Positions 46,140 through 55,014 of a stretch of DNA of 64,000 bases are shown here, piece after piece. Every line of letters starts with the position of its first letter. Positions within the stretch are counted from its first letter, which is position 1. The notes under the pieces were generated by a model, which was given only the letters and a program-made list of their open reading frames with translations, did not search any database and was not told the DNA's origin. The translations under genes were made by a program, and so were the position numbers. The stretch is from Verrucomicrobiota bacterium (GTDB lineage: Bacteria; Verrucomicrobiota; Verrucomicrobiia; Limisphaerales; AAA164-E04): positions 1 through 64,000 of the forward strand of contig CP170459.1 of NCBI GenBank assembly GCA_047947115.1, read 5' to 3'.

Positions 46140-48605
46140 ATGATTCGCAGGATATCGAACCGCAATCTCAACAAACAAAGAATGACCGTTAAACAAAGAA
46201 CCAACAAATTCATCGCAGCCACGATTTTTCACATTATCGTCGCTTCATTGAGTGTTTATTCAACTACAGCAGAAGAGGTTGAACCAGATTTCACTCAAGG
46301 CGGAAAAACCGATGGCAGCCACGATTGGACACTCGGCCCCACCGGTGCTCGAGGTTGGATGCATGCATGGAAGAACACCGCCGACGCCCGTCAGATCCTG
46401 ATCACGGAAGTGGCCAAAGGTTCACCCGCGGAAGGTGTCTTGGAAGTAGACGACGTCATTCTTGGGGTCGGAGACAAGCCCTTCAACTCTGACGCGCGCA
46501 TCGCCTTCGCTCGCGCCATCACACAAGCCGAACAGGAAACAGCTCAAGGAAGACTCAACCTGATCCGCTGGCGAACCGGCAAAACTGAACAAGTTTCCAT
46601 CAAACTTCCCGTCATGGGAACCTACAGCGCCACCGCACCGTATGAGTGTCAAAAGTCAGCCAGGATTTTCAAACTTGGATGTGAAACCATCGCGAAACGA
46701 GGCTTCAACAACGTTTCCATTCCGAACAGTATCAATGCCCTTGCCCTGCTCGCCAGTGGCGAACCAAAGTACCGTCCCCTGCTTTCCAAATACGCCCAGC
46801 TGGTGGCGAACTACCAGGTTGGACCGTTTGCAACCTGGCACTACGGCTATGCGGTTACCTTTCTCGCCGAATATGTCCTGACAACCGGCGACAAATCCGT
46901 CTTTCCCGGACTCAAACGTCTCGCACTTGAATCCGCACGCGGCCAAAGCCTCGTGGGCACGTGGGGACACCGATTCGCGTTGCCGGACGGAAGGGTCGGT
47001 GGCTACGGCTGCATGAATTCACCCGGCATCCCACTGACCATCTCCATGGTACTCGCTCGTGAAGCAGGAGTGAGAGATCCGGACCTGGACCTCGCCATCA
47101 ATCGCTCAGCCGGATTCCTGCGCTGGTATGTCAACAAGGGAGCTGTTCCCTACGGTGATCATCACCCCTGGCCAGGACATGAGGACAACGGCAAATGCTC
47201 CATGGCAGCCGTACTCTTTGACCTGCTCGGAGACAGCGAAGCCGCAGCCTTCTTTACCAAAATGAGTATTGCCGCCTACGACGAGCGGGAACGCGGTCAT
47301 ACTGGCAATTTCTTTAATATCCTTTGGGCAATGCCTGCTGTGTCCAGAGGTGGCTCATTGGCCACCGGCGCCTACTGGATGGAACAAGCGTGGTATTACG
47401 ACCTGGCCCGAGGATGGGACAGCAGCTTCCGATACCAAGGATCACCCGTTGGTGAGGAAGAGCACAATAAATACACCCACTGGGATAACACGGGTACCTA
47501 CCTGTTGGCCTACGCTTTACCACTCAAAAGCCTCTACATCACCGGCAAGAAATCTTCCTCCGTCCCAACATTGGATTCATTTGAAACGAAAGAGATCATT
47601 GAAGCAGGACGTGATTACTTTTCGACACGCAGCAGGCTTTCCGGCCGAGATATGGACCGTTACCGATACGAACATCGAAGCAATGAAATATTGCTCGATG
47701 GATTAGCAAGCTGGTCTCCCGCGGTCCGCAAACGTTCGGCGCAGGAACTCGGACGTCGTGAGGGAGATTTCCTGCCGATTCTCCTGAGAATGTTGAAATC
47801 CAACAATCAGAACGCCCGTTATGGAGCCGTCGAGGCACTCGGTAATCTCGACTCGAATTCTGAAGTGCTCACCAGGGTATCCGTCCTGACGGAGACACTC
47901 GCAGCGGATGACCTCTGGCTGAGAATACTCGCCGCCGATGCCCTCGCCACCATGGGGGAACCGGCGAGAATCGCGGTTCCGGCGATGCTCGAGCGTTATG
48001 CGAAATGGGATGCAGCAATGGATCCCAGAGGCATGGAACAACGCTACCTTTCCTTCGCTCTGTTCAACCGACGTGGCGGCTTGATCGGACGGTCGCTGGA
48101 AGGGGTCGACCGTGAACTGCTTCTTCAAGCCGTACGCATCGGACTACAAAACGAAGACGGACGCGCGCGCGGCAGTTTCACCAGCGTTTATCAGAACCTT
48201 GCCTTTGATGAAATCAAGCCACTGCTCCCAGCCATTCATCAGGCGATTGTCGAGAAAGCTCCCAGCGGCATCATGTTCGCGAGCGAAATCCGAATGAGCG
48301 GTCTGGAACTCTTCGCAAAACACCGGATCAACGAAGGAATCGAATTGCTGGTTGATTACGCCCCTAATCAAAAAGCCCACGGCAGCGAAAAACGCATCGT
48401 CCAAGTCATGGAAATGCTGAAAAGCTACGGAGCACATGCCAAACGGGTCATCCCACAATTAAAAGCTGCCGCAGTTCATTTCGACAACGGCGAGGAAAAC
48501 TACCCTCTCCAACTCAGCCAAGGAAAAGCAAAACTCGTAAGGGAAACCATCCGGGAGATCGAAGCTGCAACCGATAAACCAGTGTTGATTTCCATCACTC
48601 AATAA
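46140..48605 (+). CDS. DUF6288-like secreted protein with PDZ-like and HEAT-repeat regions
   Basis: PDFTQGG...HDWTLGPTGARGW, V..GSPAEG.L.V.DVI, GTWGH, EDNGK and HEAT-like helices. Start may be 46182. Confidence 0.75.
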   Translation: MIRRISNRNLNKQRMTVKQRTNKFIAATIFHIIVASLSVYSTTAEEVEPDFTQGGKTDGSHDWTLGPTGARGWMHAWKNTADARQILITEVAKGSPAEGVLEVDDVILGVGDKPFNSDARIAFARAITQAEQETAQGRLNLIRWRTGKTEQVSIKLPVMGTYSATAPYECQKSARIFKLGCETIAKRGFNNVSIPNSINALALLASGEPKYRPLLSKYAQLVANYQVGPFATWHYGYAVTFLAEYVLTTGDKSVFPGLKRLALESARGQSLVGTWGHRFALPDGRVGGYGCMNSPGIPLTISMVLAREAGVRDPDLDLAINRSAGFLRWYVNKGAVPYGDHHPWPGHEDNGKCSMAAVLFDLLGDSEAAAFFTKMSIAAYDERERGHTGNFFNILWAMPAVSRGGSLATGAYWMEQAWYYDLARGWDSSFRYQGSPVGEEEHNKYTHWDNTGTYLLAYALPLKSLYITGKKSSSVPTLDSFETKEIIEAGRDYFSTRSRLSGRDMDRYRYEHRSNEILLDGLASWSPAVRKRSAQELGRREGDFLPILLRMLKSNNQNARYGAVEALGNLDSNSEVLTRVSVLTETLAADDLWLRILAADALATMGEPARIAVPAMLERYAKWDAAMDPRGMEQRYLSFALFNRRGGLIGRSLEGVDRELLLQAVRIGLQNEDGRARGSFTSVYQNLAFDEIKPLLPAIHQAIVEKAPSGIMFASEIRMSGLELFAKHRINEGIELLVDYAPNQKAHGSEKRIVQVMEMLKSYGAHAKRVIPQLKAAAVHFDNGEENYPLQLSQGKAKLVRETIREIEAATDKPVLISITQ

Positions 48606-48686
48606 CTTTGTTTCCAGCACAAAAACCCGACCTGTCAGGACGGCCTGAATCATCGTTTGTCGGGAAAGCGGATCAAGCATTCCGGA

Positions 48687-49766
48687 TCAGTTTCCGCCTC
48701 TATGATGCGGACTTTCCAGAAGGTGTTTTCTCAAAAGATCCTCACCGAAATCATTGCCAGGTTCGCGGAACACCGTGTGAATATGGTTAATGGGCCCATC
48801 ATTGCGTCCGGGAGGGTAATGATTATCGAACTCAATGATGACCGTGGGACCGTGAATGCGATAGTAATAGGGTTTGTCTTCTTCCGTACCCGCCCATGCG
48901 AAATGAATCTTGTCCAATCCTGATTTCATGATTCGATTCATTTGAATGTGTGCAATGTCGTGCTGGTAATTGTGCACATATTCGTCGAGGAGTCTCATGA
49001 ATAAACGAACTTGCCCAGGATCCAGCTCGGAAACCGGCAGACCCACAGGTGTTGTCAATTGATCACCTCGTGTTGGGCCGGTAACGACATCTCGGGGCGC
49101 CACATCATCAATCACCGCTTTCGCCCGTTGCTCCTCATTGAGTGACTGAAACAGTCTGATCCCCTTCTCGTCTTCGGCATGTTGAACCATCCAACCGGAA
49201 TAGGTTCCCTGCGGAAGTCTTGCCGGATCAGATCCCATAAATGCGGGCCGGACCGACACCTCGTCTCCGATCACCGTGATGTTCAGAGCCAGATGATGTC
49301 CATCCAACTGCCATCCCCAGGTTTTGTCTTTGGCAGGATCGCCAAAAATCCCCATCCAATAGAGGCCGTGACCAAACATAGGAGTCGCATTCGGACGTCG
49401 TTCCGCTGCCATGGCTTTGAGCAGTTCGTCCAGATGCATGATACCGGTTGTCTTGAGATAGCCCTGGCTGCTTAACGTGCTTTGAAACAGTTGATGGGCC
49501 AATGAACGCTGTTCAGGTGTCATCTCCTCAAAACTGACGCCTTCCCGCTTGAATGCAGTTGAAGGAAGATTGCTCCAGGCGCGTCGCTCCTTGTCATCCA
49601 TGCTAAATGCCACCTGCTTGCGCATTTGAGGACTGAGCCCCTCTAGAAAAGAAATTGCAGCCTGTCGCATTTCTGCAACCGGAGCTTTGTATTCCATTTG
49701 ATTGTCCGCAGAAAAGGCGATGGTGCCGCTTAGGATCATTAAAGTCGTAAGGATGGATGGTTTCAT
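48687..49766 (-). CDS. DUF3500 domain protein, secreted
   Basis: WSNLP, LSSQGY, IFGDP....WGWQLDGHHLALN, YYRIHGP.VIIEFDN and NHIHTVFR...NDFG. Confidence 0.88.
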   Translation of the reverse strand: MKPSILTTLMILSGTIAFSADNQMEYKAPVAEMRQAAISFLEGLSPQMRKQVAFSMDDKERRAWSNLPSTAFKREGVSFEEMTPEQRSLAHQLFQSTLSSQGYLKTTGIMHLDELLKAMAAERRPNATPMFGHGLYWMGIFGDPAKDKTWGWQLDGHHLALNITVIGDEVSVRPAFMGSDPARLPQGTYSGWMVQHAEDEKGIRLFQSLNEEQRAKAVIDDVAPRDVVTGPTRGDQLTTPVGLPVSELDPGQVRLFMRLLDEYVHNYQHDIAHIQMNRIMKSGLDKIHFAWAGTEEDKPYYYRIHGPTVIIEFDNHYPPGRNDGPINHIHTVFREPGNDFGEDLLRKHLLESPHHRGGN

Positions 49767-50011
49767 CGTTCGTTATGTTAGCTGTTGGCTCTTGGGAAAA
49801 TGAGATTATGGGGTGGAAGCAGCCTGGTTTCAATTCAAGATTCCGTAAAAAACGGTTCCATTGCTTTGTGGTTTGTATTGGGAGTAAGACGAAGCTTACC
49901 CCTCCGGACATGAGTTTCTATTTTTTGACCTGCGCCCCTGTTCTTCTTCGTGTTGCTTCGCGGTTTATACAAGACGCTTTTCGTTTTAACCGGGCATGTT
50001 ATCGTTGTCGC

Positions 50012-50653
50012 GTGTTCATCACTGAATTCATCACCGTCGCCATCGTTCACGCCCTGGCTGTCATGAGCCCGGGACCGGACTTTGCCATGGTGACCCGGAA
50101 CAGCCTCCTTTACACGCGGCGAACGGGCATCCTGACCGCGCTCGGTATTTCACTGGGAATTGCAGTTCATGTGGCTTACTGCCTGCTGGGTATTGGTCTG
50201 GTCATTTCCCGATCGATCCTTGCCTTTTCGATCGTCAAATACCTCGGCGCTGCGTATCTCATCTACATCGGATACCAATCACTCCAAGCCAGCAGACTCG
50301 ATTCCAAGAGTGAAAGCAATGCCCCCCAAGCGGACACCCCGACACATGAAATGGCAACCATGGCGTCGATCCGAACAGGATTCCTCACCAACCTATTGAA
50401 CCCAAAAGCCACCCTGTTCTTTCTTGCCCTGTTCACCCAGGTGATCGATCCAAACACACCAAAACACATTCAGGCTTTGTATGGCATCGAAATGATGATC
50501 ATCACCTTTGTCTGGTTTATGCTGTTGGCCCTGTTCTTCTCAAATGCAATCATCCGAAAACGCATCCTCCGAGTGCAACACCTCATCGAACGCGCCACCG
50601 GGTTGGTCTTTATCCTCCTGGGAATCAAAGTGGCCCTGACCACGCATGAATAA
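50012..50653 (+). CDS. LysE/RhtB family translocator
   Basis: SPGPDF, KYLGAAYLIYIG and GFLTNLLNPKATLFF; GTG start inferred. Confidence 0.92.
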   Translation: MFITEFITVAIVHALAVMSPGPDFAMVTRNSLLYTRRTGILTALGISLGIAVHVAYCLLGIGLVISRSILAFSIVKYLGAAYLIYIGYQSLQASRLDSKSESNAPQADTPTHEMATMASIRTGFLTNLLNPKATLFFLALFTQVIDPNTPKHIQALYGIEMMIITFVWFMLLALFFSNAIIRKRILRVQHLIERATGLVFILLGIKVALTTHE

Positions 50654-50805
50654 AGTGGTTCCGGGCGAAGGTAAGAAATCCATCCTGATGCCAGAGAATC
50701 GGCGAGGACGGACTCCCCATTTCAACGGTACCAGCAGGCGCTCCAGAGATGACACCTGAACTTCGCAATAACCAAACAGCACAAAACCGAGTATCGTTTT
50801 CAATC

Positions 50806-51867
50806 ATGAGCAAATCCATTGATTATCGATTTTCCTTCGGCCCTTGGAACATCAGTGAGGGCGCAGATCCATTTGGACCAGACGTACGCCCTGCCCATCC
50901 CCATGAGGAGAAGTATGCCCTCTATCGCCAGATGGGTTTCGAGGGGGTTCAATTCCATGATGATGATGTGGTGCCCGGGCTGGAAGCCTTAACTTCAGAA
51001 CAAATCATGGCGAAAGCGGCCGAGGTGAAAACCATGTTGGACAACCAGGGTCTGGTTCCGGAATTCGTGGCCCCGCGCTTGTGGTTTGACGCCCGCACCA
51101 TCGATGGAGGCTACACCTCCAACAGCGCTTCCGACCGCGCCTACGCCCTGGATCGAACAAAGCAAAGCATCGACATCGCCCGCGCCATCGGCAGCAAAGC
51201 GATCGTAATCTGGCTCGCCAGAGAAGGTACCTATATTCGGGAAGCAAAGGATGCCAAACTGGCTTACGAACGATTGCTGGAAACGTTGAATGCCATGCTG
51301 GATCACGACAAGGAGATCGAAATCTGGATCGAACCCAAACCCAACGAACCCACCGACCAGGCTTACGTGCCGACCATCGGTCACGCCCTAACGCTATCCT
51401 ATGCGTCCAATGATCATACCCGGGTCAAAGGACTGATCGAAAGCGCCCATGCGCTGCTCGCTGGTTTGGATCCAAGTGATGAAATGGCGTTTGCCCTGGC
51501 ACATGACAAGCTAGCCAGTGTTCACCTGAATGATCAAAACGGACTCAAATACGATCAGGACAAAAACTTTGGAGGTGCCAACCTTCGGACAGCTTTCAAC
51601 CAGGTCCGCGTATTGGAAGAAGCCGGCTACGGTTCAAGAGGCGAATTCATCGGACTGGATGTCAAAGCCATGCGCACCCAGAAAGGAACCCCCGTCACAA
51701 CCCATCTTTCCAACAGTCGCAAGTTTTTCCTGCATCTGGTTGAAAAATATCGATCCCTGAATCACGAACAAGTCGCGAACTACCGCGATGCAAGGGACTA
51801 CGAAAGCCTTGAATGTCTCATTATGGAACACCTACTGGGAGTCCGATACCGCACATGGTTTCAATAG
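50806..51867 (+). CDS. xylA: Xylose isomerase (or close xylose-isomerase-like TIM-barrel protein)
   Basis: GADPFG, FHDDD, WLAREG, IEPKPNEP, ESAH and HLNDQ...YDQDK.FG metal-binding motifs. Confidence 0.75.
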   Translation: MSKSIDYRFSFGPWNISEGADPFGPDVRPAHPHEEKYALYRQMGFEGVQFHDDDVVPGLEALTSEQIMAKAAEVKTMLDNQGLVPEFVAPRLWFDARTIDGGYTSNSASDRAYALDRTKQSIDIARAIGSKAIVIWLAREGTYIREAKDAKLAYERLLETLNAMLDHDKEIEIWIEPKPNEPTDQAYVPTIGHALTLSYASNDHTRVKGLIESAHALLAGLDPSDEMAFALAHDKLASVHLNDQNGLKYDQDKNFGGANLRTAFNQVRVLEEAGYGSRGEFIGLDVKAMRTQKGTPVTTHLSNSRKFFLHLVEKYRSLNHEQVANYRDARDYESLECLIMEHLLGVRYRTWFQ

Positions 51868-52088
51868 GCACATGAAGCCAGGAACATCTCTGCCATCACA
51901 GGAAGTATTTTCAAACGCCAAGCGTAATTTGGAATGTCAGACCAGTGTATTTGCCTAAACTGAATAAGTTGGTCTTCCATCGTCTCCAAAGCACTCTCAA
52001 AATTTCTCAAGTTTTATGACGCAGCGATTTTTCCCCTGCGATTTCCACCTACATTGATTCGGGTATGCAGCAATGGAAGCTCTTGGAA

Positions 52089-53408
52089 TCAAATCTCCCA
52101 CCCTTTTCGGTATGCTTTGCTCACATATTGGTTGGCGCTCTTGTTATTGCTCACTTCCATGCGATCTGCATCCCATTTGATTTCAGTTCCAGCGCGCAAG
52201 GCGACCTGTCCCAGCAAAACCACTTCGGTGACAGGGCCGGCTTTTTCAAAATTTGACAACGCAGGCGAGCCACCCTTACAGGCGTTGATCCAATCATCGT
52301 AATGGCATTCATGCCAACTCGGACATTCACCGAACATGTCAGGCACTTCAAGATCTGCATACTTGCGTCCGCTTTTCAGACGACCACCCCCACTATAATG
52401 GGTTAGCATGGTGTCCGCCTCGCCAATCATGATGATTCCATTCGTGTCAAACTCAGCGCCCGGAAAAAGGTCTTGAGATGGTTTTCGACCTCCGTCGTAC
52501 CAGTGAAACTTGAATGCGGAGCGACCTTCACGTTTTGGAAAATCCCATACGATGTGGGACTCGGTTGGCCCGGTTTCAGAAGTTTGGCCCCGGCCTTCAG
52601 CCACAATTTTTTCAGGATCCCGTATATCCAGGGTTAACGTCGCCAAATTTAGGAGATGACACCCCATGTCCCCGATGGCCCCCGTACCAAAATCCCAGAA
52701 CCCACGCCAGGCGAATGGATGATATGCGGGATGATAGGGACGCCAAGGGGCACAGCCAATCCAAAGATCCCAGTCAATGTGATCAGGAGCATTGTGAACA
52801 CCTGCAGGGCGTCCAATCCCCTGCTTCCACCTGCCACCCGGTCGATCGGTCCAGCAATGCAATTCCTTGATCTCGCCCAGAGCTCCGGATTTGACGACCT
52901 CGGCGTCGCGCCTCATCTTCGGAGCCGAGATGCCCTGATTCCCCATCTGAGTGGCCACTCCGGCTTTGCGTGCGGCAAGGGTCAAAGTGCGCGCTTCCCA
53001 AACCGTATGCGTCAGAGGTTTCTGACAAAACACATGTTTCCCGGATAGCACCGCGCGCATGGCCGGGTGAAAATGCATATGATCCGGTGTGGAGATGGTC
53101 ACCGCATCCACTTTATCCACCATTTCGTCGAACATCACTCGATAATCCTGATAACGCTTTGCCTCGGGAAACTTTTGAAACATCCTGGCTCCATGGATGG
53201 GATCAATATCCACCAGAGCCACGATGTTTTGAGATCCACACATGGCGACATCCGTTGCGCCTTTTCCGCCGCAACCGATGCCCGCAATATTCAACCGTTC
53301 GTTTGCACCCAGTACATTTCGGACGGACACAAAGGGAAAAGCTACCGCACTGGCGCCGAAGGCCGAACGGACCGCAAATGAGCGACGTGAAAGCATGTTC
53401 TTTTTCAT
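52089..53408 (-). CDS. Gfo/Idh/MocA family oxidoreductase with Tat signal
   Basis: SRRSF, IGCGGKG, ISTPDHMH, KHVFCQKPL, TQMGNQ and WRGFWDFGTGAIGDMGCH. Confidence 0.93.
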   Translation of the reverse strand: MKKNMLSRRSFAVRSAFGASAVAFPFVSVRNVLGANERLNIAGIGCGGKGATDVAMCGSQNIVALVDIDPIHGARMFQKFPEAKRYQDYRVMFDEMVDKVDAVTISTPDHMHFHPAMRAVLSGKHVFCQKPLTHTVWEARTLTLAARKAGVATQMGNQGISAPKMRRDAEVVKSGALGEIKELHCWTDRPGGRWKQGIGRPAGVHNAPDHIDWDLWIGCAPWRPYHPAYHPFAWRGFWDFGTGAIGDMGCHLLNLATLTLDIRDPEKIVAEGRGQTSETGPTESHIVWDFPKREGRSAFKFHWYDGGRKPSQDLFPGAEFDTNGIIMIGEADTMLTHYSGGGRLKSGRKYADLEVPDMFGECPSWHECHYDDWINACKGGSPALSNFEKAGPVTEVVLLGQVALRAGTEIKWDADRMEVSNNKSANQYVSKAYRKGWEI

Positions 53409-53783
53409 GGAGATGAGAAAAAACTAACAGGAGTCTCGGACAAAAGGCCACATTTTTTCAAAATCAATGACATGGCTTAATGGCAGGTTTAACTGAATGT
53501 TTGAATTTTTCATCCAATACTCAATCATGCATTACCGAACTATTGCAGGCACAACCTGTAGCCATCGAAGTAGCATTTGAACCGTTCACTTCACGACCTT
53601 TAACGTATTCAATGCCGCAGTAAATTTGCGGAAAAGATGGTAGAATGGATGTTCCCACCTTGGCCATTGAAAGCCGGACCTTACAGGAATGGACAGATGT
53701 GTTCTCAAGCATCAACGTTCCTCTCAACGTATCCCGAAAGCAAAAAATGATTCCAGCCGTCATTCCCCATTTTTATTGTCACA

Positions 53784-53829
53784 TACAGCGGTTTCAACTA
53801 TAAGAAAGTAATACAAACAGAGGTTTCAA
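53784..53829. promoter_or_regulatory. Tandem operator-like repeats (LacI-type half-sites)
   Basis: ACAGCGGTTTCAA (53785-53797) and ACAGAGGTTTCAA (53817-53829), 32 bp apart, just upstream of the prepilin gene. Confidence 0.4.
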
Positions 53830-53852
53830 ACTGACTCCACCACAACAATGAA

Positions 53853-54659
53853 ATGATGAACAGTAACACACGGAAATTTAACCGCGGTTTCACCTTGATT
53901 GAACTTTTGGTGGTCATTGCCATCATCGCCATTCTGGCTGGCATGCTGCTCCCCGCATTGAGTAAAGCAAAAGCAAAAGCCAAAGGCATCAAATGCATGA
54001 ACAACCTACGCCAGATGGGCATCGCCATGATTGCCTACACTGACGACAACGGACGCTACCCCGTCGGGATCAACCGTGACACCTCCAATGCATGGATCTG
54101 GCCGGCTTTGCTTCGAAATTACATCGGCATGGGAGACAACGTGGAACTATTCAAATGCCCCAGTGCACCGCCCGAAGCTCAATGGAAGGTGACATATGGA
54201 AGTGGATTACCTGCCAGCGATGGTTACATGGCAGATGAAGTCCGCCTGCGCCCTGGCGGTGTGAGCTTCATGAGCTATGGCTACAATGTCTGGGGCGGAT
54301 GGGCCGGACAAAACCCAAACACCGGACTTGGTGTTTACAAGGGAGACCCCATCTATGGAGGTGCCAAGGAATCGTCAGTACGCGTCCCGACAGACATGAT
54401 TGCCATCGGAGACAGCAATTGGGATCTGGAAAAGAATGGAGATCGCGACTGGAGTGGTTTCATTGGAATGTATGAAGAACGCCAATGGCCCTTGGAAATT
54501 CACGGCACACGCGCCAACATTCTGTTCGCCGACAGCCACGTCGAGGCCATCCCCCGCACCGAAATGATCGCGCAATTGGTAGAAAGCCGCGCCGAAAAAG
54601 AACGCGTCGCCCGCCGCTGGAACCGCGACCACGAACCCCACGTCACCGCCAACGAATAA
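53853..54659 (+). CDS. Prepilin-type N-terminal cleavage/methylation domain protein (DUF1559-like, H-X9-DG variant)
   Basis: [36 protein letters not shown] and HGTRANILFADSH. Confidence 0.9.
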   Translation: MMNSNTRKFNRGFTLIELLVVIAIIAILAGMLLPALSKAKAKAKGIKCMNNLRQMGIAMIAYTDDNGRYPVGINRDTSNAWIWPALLRNYIGMGDNVELFKCPSAPPEAQWKVTYGSGLPASDGYMADEVRLRPGGVSFMSYGYNVWGGWAGQNPNTGLGVYKGDPIYGGAKESSVRVPTDMIAIGDSNWDLEKNGDRDWSGFIGMYEERQWPLEIHGTRANILFADSHVEAIPRTEMIAQLVESRAEKERVARRWNRDHEPHVTANE

Positions 54660-54671
54660 AATGTGAAAAAG

Positions 54672-54981
54672 GTAGAACGGAGCAGCTTGTCCACGCGACT
54701 GCGTGGATCTCGGCGCGCAATCCTCAGGGCTCTCATAGCTGAATACCATTCCCAAAGGAAACTCATCACCTCGCCCCAAAATGGCTGATGAAAGCAGGTT
54801 TACCAAAACGTTTCCCAGGAATATCCAGAGCGGTGGCGAGCCACCGCAGTCCAGAGTTGTCCCTCGCCTCGTCAATGCCTGCAGTTGTTTAATCGATCAT
54901 CCTGTATATCTCCCTGCCCCCGACACTGCGGCGACTGTTCATCTCGTCTAAAAAACTCTGCGTCTCCGCGTCTCTGCGAGA
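54672..54981. repeat. Cluster of REP-like palindromes in a convergent intergenic region
   Basis: TCCACGC-GACT-GCGTGGA (54690-54707), GCGGTGGC-GA-GCCACCGC (54830-54847) and ctctgcgtctccgcgtctctgcgaga (54956-54981). Confidence 0.6.
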
Positions 54982-55014
54982 TTAAAAGAACGAAATTTTA
55001 ACCCTTCACAGCAA

